Source: the human T2T-CHM13v2.0 reference genome, Homo sapiens. Taken from it: a stretch of DNA of 64,000 nucleotides. Made by a program: the position numbers and the translations under genes. A model generated the notes under the pieces. That model saw nothing but the letters and a program-made list of their open reading frames with translations, had not been told where the DNA came from and did no database searches. Location: assembly GCF_009914755.1 (NCBI RefSeq), contig NC_060926.1. One strand, written 5' to 3'. Position 1 is the first letter of the stretch. Every line of letters begins with the position of its first letter. Shown here in pieces: positions 13,361 through 29,875 of this stretch.

Positions 13361-14195
13361 GATTAGCAGATGATTTCAAAACGGTCATCTTTCAGTAACT
13401 TCAATAATTCAGGCTGGGGAGACAGGTTAGAGAGGGGTCCTCAGCCAGAGTGGTTGGCTGCACAGAACGGATGGTGTGCCTTCCTGCAGGGTGGCTCCAC
13501 CCCACACTTTCCCTCTGCCCTGGCCGCAATCAGGTGTGGCCCGAAAGGCAGCCCTAGAGACTGGAGCATGGAGAGTAGTGAGAGCTCTCGCTGGCCCAGA
13601 CTCCTTCTAGAGGAGTCACTGGAGCTGGCTGGAGTTGGCCCCTGTGCCGCCCTGGGGCGGGGTCACTGCAGAGATGCTCCCCAGGCACCGTCTCCCCAGG
13701 TGTCTTCTTCCCCTGCCCCTTCAGGCCCCACAGCCGCCTGTTGTTGACCCAGAGAGTGCACCAGCCCTCGGCTGGGTTCCCTACTTCCTGCTCTGTGGAT
13801 TGTTCTGACACTGTCCTCCAGCCATGCAGCCCCAGGGCGCTTTTGTCTCTCCTGGGATCCTGGCTGAGACCAGTTTCTTAGGGCTCCCTGCAGACCGGAG
13901 TAGGGTGGAAGCACCTGTCCTGTTGCAGGTTAGGAAGCTGCCAAGCAGAAACCCAGCATCCTTGCTGAACCTGGGGTGCTGCTGGCTGATCTGGGATCCC
14001 CCAAACTACCCGGGCCTCAGAATCACCTGGGGAGGTTGCTTCAAATGCATATGCTGGAGTCCCTCCCAAAACCAGAGTCAGAATGTCCCGAGATGGCACT
14101 CAGGAGCATGGGCCTTGCTGCCGCCATCCTCTCCTCCCCCTTGGTTATTTGGGAGCCTGGATCTGCCTTCGCTGAGCACACAAGGAATCACTGCA

Positions 14196-14248
14196 TGCCC
14201 TGTGACTGGGACGTGCCCTGTGACTGGGACATGCCCTGTGACTGGGAA
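14196..14248. repeat. 18-bp tandem repeat x3
   Basis: tgccctgtgactgggac(g/a). Confidence 0.9.
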
Positions 14249-14943
14249 CAAGATCACTGCTGTAGGAGGGTCACTGCTGTCTCCCTAGCTCCCAGCACCT
14301 CTGTAATCCTGCACGGTGTGGGCGCAATGCGGCCCAGGTCCCTGTCACCCACTGCTGTGCACCAGTGATGCTGCCGTCAGAAACGGCCCCACTTGGGCAC
14401 AGAGACGGCTGGAAACCCTGAACTCAACAGTTAGGTTTGAGAAAAAAAAAAAAAAGAACAGTTGAAATCCTCCAGTTGATCTTCCTCACTTTGAAGAACT
14501 TTGAACTTCTGATAAGAAGGCAGCCTGAGATCAACGACGACAGATCCATCGATTGGTCACGGTTCAGTTCCGTCCCTGACTTCTGTGTCCTTGGAGGACC
14601 AGGGCCTGGTTCAGTCTGTTCCCACTGGGAAACCTTCTTGCTGTGCAGTGAGCACCAGGCTGGCGGGTGGAGACCCTGGCCCTCGTCTGCACCCACCTAG
14701 GGGCAGAGACACAAGGCCCCCTGCTGCTGGCAGCCTGGGCTTCTCACGGGTGGTGGCTGCTCACGGGGCTGCGGGTCACTCCTGTCCTCACACCCAAAGC
14801 AGCCCTACACCCAGGCCAGGCATCCTTAGTCCGGCAGAGTCTCTCCCAAGGGGGCAACAGTTCGTGGTGGCCAAAAATTCTTGGCCATTGCAATATTTGT
14901 GATTCTTGGGAGGGTCAACACATGAACAGGTTTATAGTTCCTG

Positions 14944-15584
14944 TGTGGGGTCAGAAAAGGAACATTGAAAAGAAGATCTTAATAGTAGCCTCTAATGGCT
15001 GCATTGGGACCCACAGCTAATAAAACCAAGGCCTCTAACCTAAAACTGGCCTCTTGCCCATGTAACTGGGGTTTGTTAAATATTTCACTGGCAGGTACTG
15101 GTCATAAACCTGTTTATCATAAACCTGCAGAATAAAGACAGGAGGGAACCAGTCTCCCTCCAGCCCCCACTCAACCGCATACAGGAGGGAACCAGTCTCC
15201 CTCCAGCACCCGCTCAGCCGCATACAGGAGGGAACCAGTCTCCCTCCAGCCCCCACTCAGCCACATACAGGAGGGAACCAGTCTCCCTCCAGCCCCCACT
15301 CAGCTGCATACTTACCTTATCATGTGGGCAGTGCCACCGAGCGCTCATCAGAATCTCAGGAACGTCACGGCTGCTCACCACTTGCCTCTCCCACCTTCTG
15401 GGCCACATACATCCACCTGTTAGAAAATATAAGTTCACGGTGCCTCATGGAGCCTGCTTTGAGATACATTCTCAGTGGACACAGATTCTGTGTTCCTGGG
15501 CCTAAGTCCTCCAGCTTGGCTCAGAATAAATCTCACCATGATTTCCCTCAGTTCTAGCGCTTGCTGCTCATCTTTGGGTCAACA
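14944..15584 (+). mobile_element. Probable ERV1 solo LTR (MER34-like)
   Basis: TG...CA ends; TATA-like aatataag, then ggctcagaataaatctc poly(A) region and tttgggtcaaca end. Confidence 0.55.
15138..15310. repeat. 43-bp tandem repeat x4 inside the LTR
   Basis: acaggagggaaccagtctccctccagcccccactcagccgcat. Confidence 0.95.
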
Positions 15585-16053
15585 GTGGTATTATAATTTC
15601 ATTGCAGAGGTGAGGGCTTGACTAGGAACATAATGTCTAAAAATCCTCCTTAGCAGAATAATAATGAAAAAATGGTAAGGAACACTCTCGGCACACAGGC
15701 CTGTGAAAACTGGCAGGTGAAACTCATTGGCCATTCTTGGACTAGATCATGCAACAAATACACGAGAGTTGCTCACGACGTGCCAGGTGCCTCCCTTGCT
15801 GTTGGGAGTACAGCAGCGGGTGACATTCTCGACAGCTGAGAATCCTGGCGATTCCTCCTGAGGCTCCTCTCCAAGCCAGCGTCCAGGTTCCAGACACTTC
15901 CCACCCAGAATGTCCAAGTCCAGCCTGATGCTTTCCATTGCAGAGCCTGGGGGCAGCTCAGGTCCTCAACCCCTCACCCCCCAGTGACGTGCCATCAGCT
16001 GGAGCTGCCAGCCTGAGAACTCGGCAGTCCTTGGGTGCTTGGGAGCACAGCTC

Positions 16054-16733
<680 letters not shown>

Positions 16734-17594
16734 AGCTCCAAGGACAGGTGGGAGGAGGAGGCCGTGTGGCATCCAGAAAGAGCAAAAGGTAGCTCTGCGG
16801 TCAATCAGGTCCGACGGGGTCCCTTGCTGGATTTCCATCTTTCGTGCAGTTCAGTGATTGATGTAAAATGTCCTCAACTCAAACTGTCACGGCTCCAGCA
16901 GAGAACACACCGGTAAGCCCCAGCAGTCAGACAGGATGTCGTCACACCACCAACTCGGCAATGCTGGCTGATAAAACAGCCATCTCACCCTTTCTGGGGG
17001 TTACAGACATCCGGGTCACCTTCCTCCAGTCACTCACTTCTGTCCTGATCAGTGAAGCTCCCTGAAGCACTGACATGTCACTTGGTCAAAGGTCCATTGC
17101 CGATTTGGGGCTGGAATTGTGCTAAGTCTGGGGATAAAGAGGTGAACGAGACGCTGACCGAGTCTTCAAGGAGCATCACTTACTAAAGGGGCTTTCATTA
17201 TAGAACTAAAGCTTCCTTTGCACAATGATGACCGCATGTGCACCACCCAGGGTGGTCCGCAGGAAGACTCGGGTGATGCAGGATCCCAGGCAGGCGGCAG
17301 TGTGGGCCGCGGTGCACATAGCAGGCCCATAGGTCTGCTCATCTGCTTCCTGGAGTCTCTGCTAACAAGAAAAAGATCAGTGCTGTGAGCCAGTCCCAGG
17401 CGTGATGATCTTCTCAATATTCTAGAAGGCGATGGAGGGACCCGTCTTATGTGACTGCCACTTTGGGAATCCTGCATTTTAGAAGCCTTGGCCTGAAGCC
17501 TCATTTCTGTTGACAGTGCGTAGATATCCAAGTGCTCTCTTATCTTTCCCCATCAAAATCTTCTCTCCAGAAAGTGCCCTAAGAAAACAAACAC

Positions 17595-17870
17595 ATGCAA
17601 TGGCTTTGACCAAATGACTGTATCATCTCCCTCAGAGGAACAATGCAATGGCTGACTGTGCCATCTGCCTCAGAGGAACAATGCAATGGCTGACTGTGCC
17701 GTCTCCCTGAAAGGAACAATGCAATGGCTGGCTGTGTCTCTCTCAGAGGAACAATGCAATGGCTGACTGTATCATCTCCCTGAGAGGAACAATGCAATGG
17801 CTGACTGTGTCGTCTCCCTCAGAGGAACAATGCAATGGCTGACTGTGTCGTCTCCCTCAGAGGAACAATA
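17595..17870. repeat. 38-bp minisatellite, ~7 copies
   Basis: atgcaatggctgactgtgtcgtctccctcagaggaaca. Confidence 0.95.
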
Positions 17871-18861
17871 TAATGCTGGCACTACTTCAGGCATCTCAGG
17901 TCAGTGAATGAGGCTGCTCTGGGATCTCGGGACATAGTGAGCCAGGGAGGGAGGTGGCGGAAGCCCCAGTGTACCAGCAAGGCACGCCCTAACCAGGGGT
18001 TGGGTGGGTGTGGATGATGCCAAATGCACAAACGCCCCACAGAAGCAAGGCTAATGCACAAAGTTTAGGCCCCCATATGATGACTTGCAACTGGGCAGGT
18101 TGCATGTCGTGCAGCTTTGGGAGCTGGATCCACGTGGCAGCCATAGTATGTTTGTATATTTACGGTGAGAGTTTTCCGGCCAATGGAGGTCATGGGTCTG
18201 GAGGAGGGGGATTCATCACAGTGAAGTCTGGGCTAGTGGAGCTGCTGCCATTCCTATCAGTGGCCTTGAGACCAACTCCCCTGTAGCTGACCCGCAGCTC
18301 CCCCTTGCCTGCGGAGTCCCCTTCTCTCCTGTCTCCTGCTGGCGTTTCATCTGACACCTTTATGCTCACAGGACACACTGCTTGCCCCAGAACTCCTCTT
18401 GGACCCCTCCTCCACATCAGGGAGTGGAAAGGACGGTGCCCTCTTCCCCTGCAGCTCTAGGGGAACCCCAACCTTGATGTGACAAAGGCTGCCTGTTGAG
18501 TGCTCCATTCAGATGCGCCCCCTCTTCAGCCCTGCCAGGGGCTTCCCCAGGCCACTCAGAAAAAAATGGTCACCTTCTTTGAGGCTATTGGACCCTGCTT
18601 AGCTGTGGAGACTCCCCTGGAGCCCTGAGGCCCTTCCACCTGGGACACGATGTCACTGTCCCCTCCAATGGCTGCCCCAGCCCTGTTCCAGGGCTCCTCA
18701 CTGCCAAGAGGTTTTCTTCACTTCCATGAGGAACAAGGAGCCCCTGTTGTGTGCTCCTGGGTGGTCCCGTGCTCTCCTTGACACATTCATCACACAGCCC
18801 AACACGTCACTCGTCCATCTTCTCTTTCTCCATGCTCCTTAATGGAGCAGAACCCAGCACA

Positions 18862-19425
18862 GTCTCTACCTAGTCCACGTCTAGGCTGTCTAGTCTATAC
18901 GCAGTCTATATCTGGTCAATATCTCATCTACATCCAGTCTACATCTAGTCTGTAAGTATCTAGTCAATATCCACTCTACATCTAGTCTAATCTATATCTA
19001 GTCTATATCTAGTCTATATCCAGTCTATATCTAGTCAGTATCTCATGTAGATTCAGTCCGTCTAGTCTAATGTATCTAGTCAATATGTACTCTACATCTA
19101 GTCTATATCTAGGCCATATCTAGTGTATTTCCATCTATATCCAGTCTTCATCAAGTCAATATCTTCTCTATATTTCATCTATTAATACATGCAGTCTACA
19201 TCTAATCTGTATGTATCTAATCAATATCCAATCTACACCTGGTCTATAGCTAAGCTATATAGTCTGCAAGCCTGTATAGCTATACCCAGTCTCCATCTAG
19301 TCTATAGTCCATATGTAGTCTATACATAGCCTATATTTAGCCTATATTTGGTCTGTATTGACTGTACACAGTCTCCAGCCAGTCTGTATCTAACCTGCAT
19401 GGAGTCTCTGCCTATTTTATATCTA
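18862..19425. repeat. Degenerate ~11-bp repeat (TCTATATCTAG)n
   Basis: tctatatctagtctatatctagtctatatccag..., increasingly decayed toward the ends. Confidence 0.85.
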
Positions 19426-19921
19426 CCTCGGTCACAGAGCTAGGAGCACAGAGCCGGGCTCCCGGTAGCTGAATGAACAAGTGAAGGAAGAGATGGCAAG
19501 ATGAATGATCATTGCTAATCTGGACTTGCTTACAGTCTCCGCCACCGAGCTGAGGTTACTCTAGTGCCCACTCATGCTGACAGCACGACGATGCCCCAGG
19601 CAAAGCTCTAGCTACCTCCACACACGAGACCAGGGAGGTATTTATCCACAGGGTCCATAAGACAAACAATTCTGGAGCATCCAGAAGAGCCGTTTTCCCC
19701 AGTTACCTTCACAGATGACACAGCCGTGGCCCTCGGACCCCTGAGAGGGTGGGACTTGCTCTTTCTTGGCAGGGAAGGGGTTGACCCTGCCGGGATCTGG
19801 GTGCACAACATGGCGACTCTGCCCAACAAGCCGCTGCCGCCCCCGGCAGGTCAGACGGCTGTAACCTTTTTATTTTTTTTCTTTTTACTGACATTTATTT
19901 TGTTCAAATAAAATATACTGT

Positions 19922-20246
<325 letters not shown>

Positions 20247-20405
20247 TCAAATAAGTTACATAATTTGTCTGAGCTCAAATAGCAATTAACGGGAATGGAG
20301 CTCACCCAAATCTCACGGCTTCAGGTGTACTATTTGCAAAAAATACAAAGACTCTGTGACCATCAGGCTATAAGCAAAGATCTTCACCTCTTAAAAAGTC
20401 ACGGA

Positions 20406-20712
20406 GCCGGGCACGGTGGCTCACGCCTATAATCCCAGCACTTTGGGAGGCCGAGGCAGGCGGATCACCTGAGGTCAGGAGTTCGAGACCAGCCTGGTCC
20501 AAATGATGAAACCCCGTCTCTACTAAAAATACAAAAATTAGCCGGGTGTGGTGGTGGGCACCTGTAATCCCAGCTACTCAGGAGGCTGAGGCAGGAAGTC
20601 GCTTGAACCTGGGAGGCGGAGCTTGCAGTGAGCAGAGATCGCGCCACCACTGCACTCCAGCCTGGGTGACAGAGAGACTCCATCTCAAAAAAAGAAAAGA
20701 AAAGAAAAAAAA
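20406..20712 (+). mobile_element. AluS
   Basis: Full Alu; TSD ~AAAAAGTCA(C/T)GGA. Confidence 0.97.
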
Positions 20713-21238
20713 AGTCATGGAGCCCCACTACCGAAGTAGGACGGGGACAGAATCAGCCATGATTTCGAGTTAAGGTAAGGATGGTGGAGCAAAGCTCACC
20801 TGGGCTGTGCTTGTCCCCAGGACTTTACGTCTAGCAGGGAAGAGAACCGCGCTGGGGGCGGCGGGCAGAGACTCCTGGTGAGTGGTAAAGTCCGGCGCAG
20901 GTGCAGGCCTCACGGCTCACGCTGGACGCCTTCCCGGAGATTAGTCACCGTGGATCCGGCTGTGGGCAATGGGGAGCTACGGAGATATTTCAAGCAACAA
21001 GGATGAGGGGAGGAGAAGACAGGCTGAGCAAACACAAAGACAGGAAAGGTGTGTTTGGAATGCCTGGGGGAACTCAGTCACTCAGGAAGGAGGGTGCTGG
21101 GGAGGGCTGTGCGGCAGTTTCTGGAAGGCTCCCGCTGGGCCCAGGTGCACCGTCTTTTGTAACCACATTCCTGGCCTCTGCAAGGCTTGAGCTATTAGCC
21201 ACTGGCCTCTAATTGCCAGATGTTCTGGGTCTGATGCG

Positions 21239-21303
21239 GCTGCTTCTCATCATAACTTCAGCTGCTTCTCATCATAACTTCAGCTGCTTCTCATCATAAC
21301 TTC
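21239..21303. repeat. 22-bp perfect tandem repeat x3
   Basis: gctgcttctcatcataacttca. Confidence 0.95.
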
Positions 21304-22288
21304 GTTGCCTTTACCTTCAGGCAGTGTAGGAAGTCAGGGAAGAGGTCCAGAATCTTCTCTTTTCCCTGCTGCCCGAAAGCATGAGTGAGTCTCTGTGTTT
21401 TTCTAAAAGTAATTATGGGATGTGGGGGAGGGTCTCTGAGCCTGAGGGCTCTAGGGGCAAGGCTGTGCTCAAATGACCGGGAAAGGAGAATTCAGCTCCT
21501 AGCCTGAGCTAAGCACTTTGATAGGAACATCTCAGGTCATCTGTACAGCAGACTCACAAGGTGGACGGCGTAATTGTCTCTGGTTTACAAAGAAAAAAAA
21601 AGATTTGGAAAGGTCACGTGAGTTGGTAAAGGCCACAGAGCTAATAAATTGCAGTCGTTTTATTACAAGCACTCAGGTTCCTAAAATTACACGATTTTGT
21701 CTTTCGGATGCGAAGCTTCCAATGAACTCTGCAATTCTATCCGTGTTTCGGATATCAAAGTTTTAATTCAATGTACACGTTGTTGCTCTACATTTGGTAA
21801 AATGAAGAGAGTACCCGACTCAAGGTCAGAGGCAGTGGGTTCGAGTCTTGGGTCCAGCAGTTCCTGACTGCAGGGCATGGGAGGCAGGGCACCGAGGAGT
21901 TAGAGAGAGGCCGCCGGACACAGCCCAGCCCAGAGCCTTCCCGGCAAGCTCAGGGTCCCGAGTCTCCACAGAGTGTGCGGCCACAACACGGCATCAAACA
22001 TCCTGCTCCCTTCCCCTACACACCCTGAATCATAAGAAATGATGACCAGTGGTCATTCTCTGAGTTAATTTCTGGTGCAGTAATTTTTAAATAATACAAA
22101 CATGAATGTTTTCCAGGAACTTCCTCTATAAACAGGTGCATACTAGTCACTCAGCCAGGCTCCAATCCTATGTCCTGATGAGTTTGCTTCTTGAGGACAA
22201 AACAACAAGAAAAGCAGTTTGCATGCTGGGAAGGATGCAGACAATTTTAAAAGCATGTGACGATAACATCATAGAGTACTTAACTTAG

Positions 22289-22513
<225 letters not shown>

Positions 22514-23847
22514 CACTTACGGCTTTTAATTGTGGGTTAATAATCATTAAGGAGGTATGTTTTTGATAAAACACATTGAAGATAAAATTTTTCCTATAAC
22601 TTAAGATTATGCTCAAGGTCAGAAAAAAATAATAATAATGAAAATCTGAAGATTTCTATTCCTTCTCTTCCCCAAACCACGGTAATAGAAAAGCCACACC
22701 AATTTACTGTCCATGTCTGAACAGTCATTGCAACTGATAAAGGAGTACACAGTGTTTCCTTCCGTCCTCCGCAGCACCAAACCAGTAACCGCAAAGTGAT
22801 TCCTGAAAACTGTGGTTTCTTGGCGGTATTGTACTAGACCATAAGGGTGACATCCAGAGTTATGATGGAAAAAGGATCACTTTGTTAAGTTAGGGACACG
22901 TTCACGACATAATGGGAAGGACAATGGAGATGTTAGGCTTTCAACCTTGGCTTCCGCCCTCTGGAGTCCCCACAGTTGGAACAAAGAAACCCCAGATACT
23001 GTGATGGTGAACACAGACCAAGTTATTTTTAACAAATCCCACAAACATTAAAAACAGTCATTACTGGAGTTTCAGGAATCTTCCAGATTCAAACATGCTA
23101 ACTGACTGTCAATATCCCCAGGTTTGGGATGTGAGCATATTTGTTACCATAAATATAAATGAAAGTAAACCTAAAATGGAAGACTTTAAGCACAAAGGCT
23201 TAACACTGAATACATGAAAAGCAAAACTGTAGTGGCTGTTTGGTGCCTTTGTTATAGCCACTAGGACATTAAGGACAACTTGGGAATGGCAACCCCTCAG
23301 CAGGACTGAGCTAAGGAGCCATGATGGGGCGTGCTTCCTCACAGTGGTGTGCAAACCGGGGTGGATACAGGCAGGCTGGGGTATCGGGCAGGTGCAATGC
23401 TCACAACTGTGTGCAACAGCGCATGGGGCTGGGCTGATGTTGGATGAGCTCTCATATTGTTTGGTGGCCTGGTGCAATGTGGCCAGCCTTCTAGGACCAT
23501 TTTTCCTCATCTGTAATTACAGGATAATCTTAAATCCGTTCAAGCTGAGGCTCCCAACTGGTCACATGGTGGGGACTTGGATAAACTTAAAGCATGTGAT
23601 AGCTTAGGAATAGATGACTCTTTTGCAAATACACTTTGCTCACTCATCTATTCCATCTCCGAGATTCTAGAGTGTCATGACTAGAATTGTGGGTGGTGAT
23701 AAATTGGTTTCACCAGAAAAACTGTTGCATGAAACTCAGTGGATGCCAATCAGATGCCTTCCGGAAACTTTTGTCAGAAAACATTTGGGAAGTTCACTAA
23801 ACGCATGGAAGAATCTTTTGGTGAATGCTTTGACAAACAAAAAACCA

Positions 23848-26472
<2,625 letters not shown>

Positions 26473-27458
26473 TATTTATGTCATTTGACATATAATTTTG
26501 CACACCAGAAACAGGTATTAAGTGTTAATAACAAAAAGCAATAGGAATGTTTCAATGCATTCTACATATTATTAAAACAAGATACATATGGTTAACTTTT
26601 GCTAGTTTTGCATTAGGCATTTCATTTAAATTAAAATTGGTATATGGCACTCATTCCCTCGTGACAGAAAAGCACCTAATTTGTCTTTTGTTGATTGAGG
26701 AGTGTTCATCCCATGTTCATAAACATTCCATGAAAGCAGCTCAATTTATCATTCTAATTTTGAAATGATTTGGCAATTTTAACAACATAATATTTAATTT
26801 TCGTTAATATTTCATTTTTCTCCTTACATAGATGAGTAGTATTTTTTCCAGGCCCTATAAAGATGCCCTCAGATCCATTCCAGTTTCCTTTAGAGCAGCA
26901 TCCTCTCTCCCACCCAACCACAGCCTGAGGGGCTCAGCAATTGTCACATGTCATCCCCGACTTCTGGCCCCAGAGCCACACATAGCTCAGGCCTGGAAAG
27001 GGAGTGTCTGTCTTCCGTGCACTGTGCCCTCCTGACCTGCGCTCTTGCTTCTGGAAAAGCATCTGCCCATCTCAGACACCTCGGTGTGTGAATTGCTTGT
27101 ACACTCCTCTCTGACAAAGAAATGTCCTTCTCCACAGCACAAAGATTCCAGGAGACAAGGGCATTTATTTGCCAGAGGTTTTTCCCAAGAGCTCACTCCC
27201 ACCTGCCAAAATTCAGTCGGGTTAAAGCATCCCAGCTGCTTCGGAAAAGGAAGTCAACTTTATCTAATACCTTATTTTTAGTAATTTTTTCACATTTAGT
27301 CACAAAATGATTAGTGACTAGGACAGTTCTGGGGCTTCTTCCTGGACCTACCTCCTTCCCTTCTCAGGCTTTTGATCTCACCTGGAAAAGTTTTAGCCTC
27401 ATGTACTGGTTTCAGGTAAAAAAAAATAAAGCCATTCTCCATTTGAAAATGTGACCCA

Positions 27459-27464
27459 TTTATT
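27459..27464 (-). terminator. PXDN: Distal polyadenylation signal AATAAA
   Basis: Plus-strand tttatt; minus-strand U-rich element (ctttattttttttt) ~30-45 nt downstream. Confidence 0.85.
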
Positions 27465-29393
27465 TGAACTGAAAGGCATCATTACAAAGTGCAAACATTT
27501 CTTTGGTAATGAACTGAATACAATGGTCATAAAAAAGGCATTTGGCTGTTGGAGCAGTTAGAAAAGTAAATAAATATGTACATTCCACTCCTGTTACAGC
27601 GATCCCGCACAGTGGCTGCTAGACACGTTCACCCAGGCACTGCCCACTGTTCTGATTACAGAGAGTATCAAACTGGTGATTCCGCAGACATTTTGGTTTG
27701 AATTACAGAATTTTTTTTGGTAAATCACAGTCAGCTTCCCCCTTTGGCTTAGACAACACAATTCCTTGTGACTGGCCCAGACCGCACATTACGCAGGTGT
27801 GCTACAGGTGTGCCGCCTCAGCACTGAGACCATGAGGCCTCCAGGGCATGTAAGAGGCACAGAACACTCCCAGAACCCAGAATCTGCTGTCATCTGAGTG
27901 CCTGAGCAACTTACATAACCATCAGCTTTTAGACGAACTTACACATTTCCTATTTGACAGAAATCTCTTCCACAATTTGGTCACTACATTTGACTTGCTA
28001 TTTCAAAAGAAGTCCACATGTCATGAAACACCAACCAATTTTTATCAATCACTTACCAATATGAGGTTAAGAAGTTAAGACAACCATTTTTACAGATAAA
28101 ACACATGAATCCAATGACCTTCCTCACAGCTGAAATGCTGCCTCCGCCGCAGCAACTTGGCCGGCCCGTGCTGGAAGGGTCTGGGTGTCTCCTTGGGAGG
28201 ATGTGCACCTGGAACACGGGTTGTGCACAAATCACACCAGGCACTGTATGCGCCCATCCTGTCAGAAGGAAGCTGGCCTCCCCCACCCCATGGAAGCCTC
28301 GACGCCATACCCCAGTGCTGGACACCTGCCACCCTGAACCGAAACGGCCCCTGACCTCAGGGGCTCCCTCCACCACCTCAGCTGGGCCTTGCTGCGGGCA
28401 GGTGGCCCGGACCTTGGTGCCTCGTGTGCCCAGCACTGTGCCTGGCACATGGTGGATACTCAGGTCAGCGTGCTGCACTGAAGCTGTGTGTTCGGGGAAA
28501 GGTTGCTCAGAACACAGATCGCTTTGTATTTAGAGAAAAATGGAAGGTTTTGGTCAATTAAAGAGAGACCATGAGGTATGAGAGTTGATTTTCACTGACG
28601 TCTAAAAGAACTTTGCATAGTGGAAATGGTTTTTCTGCCATATCTAATACCTAAAAAATGGACACAATTTCATAAAACATCACGCATTTTAAAAATACAA
28701 ATGAGGTATAGGGATTCTTTTTTTTTTTTTTTTTTTAACGCACTCACACAACCTGAAGTTAGACAGTTCCCGACACTTGAGCTCCTCCTCCCTTGGGAAG
28801 AGCCATCCGGAAGCGGCTCTTGTTCAGGACGTGGACGCAACCAGGGCCGGCTGGGAGCGGCGTTGTCAACACACACCCTTGGCCCTCGGCAGGTATCAGA
28901 TACACAATGGGATGAAGGAGGTTTTTTCACATTTGGTTCACAACTAGGCAGTATGTGTGCAAGTGACAGCTGAAAGCAAACCTGTTTCTAAATGTGGCTT
29001 ATGAATGTTCTAATCAGGTGTGGAAGGAGCTGACACACGGAGAGTCACAGGCTATACAGCTGCTTCGAGCAGCGGGAATGTTTGTCTTGGGATTAGATGC
29101 TGACGTGTGGTGAAATGTTACAGAGAGCCCAGAGGAAGGAGGAGTTCAGAGGTTCCCAGGGAAGAGGCCGGGGGCTTGCACTGCACCCCCAGACAGTGTC
29201 CCTGTGAACGCTCTCATCAAAGGTTCTGTTCCGTTTGCCAAACACCAATTTTCTTTTTAAACATAGCTTGTGATGGAACCCCGATTTCGGTGAGCCCCTC
29301 TGGCAGCTCCGAGACTCACCCCACCTGCGGGTGACAGGTCTGCCGGCTCCTGGCATCTGAACAAGGCAAGGCTGACATATAGAGGTATCCTGC

Positions 29394-29399
29394 TTTATT
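29394..29399 (-). terminator. PXDN: Candidate proximal polyadenylation signal AATAAA
   Basis: Canonical hexamer ~360 nt after the stop, with U-rich upstream and UG/U-containing downstream sequence. Confidence 0.5.
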
Positions 29400-29755
29400 T
29401 AAAAAGAAATGGTGTTGGGAGGCAAAATCAATTTAGGCGCCTAAATGATTCAACTGTGCAATTTAATAGTAGCACCAATTTTTCATTTTAAAAGAATTAA
29501 ATAAAAACCTGAGAAGTCTAACGTGAAGCTAGGACTCCTGCCTGCTTCCCTTCAGGCACCTGCTGTGCCTCCTTCTCCGCAGATGCTCTGGTTGGAAGCC
29601 TCCTGCACTGCCTTCTGTAACAGCACCAGCTGGACGTTGTCATGAAATGTCACGAGTTCTGGGTGTTTCCTGGTCTGCAGTCCGCAGCTCCCTGCCATCG
29701 GCCACCCGATCTCACGATGGCACAGCAGACAAACTCTGAGGAGCCTCCCAGGAGC

Positions 29756-29875
29756 CTAGGGCTTTTCCTCCGCCCTCTTCTGTAAGCAGACTGGACAGCA
29801 GGCCCCTGGGATGTTCACGGGGACAGCACAGGTGGCAGGGGGGCAAGCTTCCACGAAGCAGGTGACCTGCCCGTC
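29756..29875 (-). CDS. PXDN: PXDN exon 23 coding part (120 nt incl. TAG), VWC C-terminus
   Basis: ttctccag|GACGGG; [39 protein letters not shown]. Confidence 0.97.
   Translation of the reverse strand, partial: DGQVTCFVEACPPATCAVPVNIPGACCPVCLQKRAEEKP

Larger units (their letters stand above)
27440..29755 (-). other. PXDN: PXDN 3'UTR (~2.3 kb; end approximate)
   Basis: Follows TAG; ends ~20 nt after the AATAAA at 27459-27464, with a U-rich downstream element. Confidence 0.85.

Noticed and set aside
27425-27430. + strand AATAAA suggesting a convergent transcript
   Set aside because: More simply the U-rich downstream element of the PXDN poly(A) site read on the other strand.
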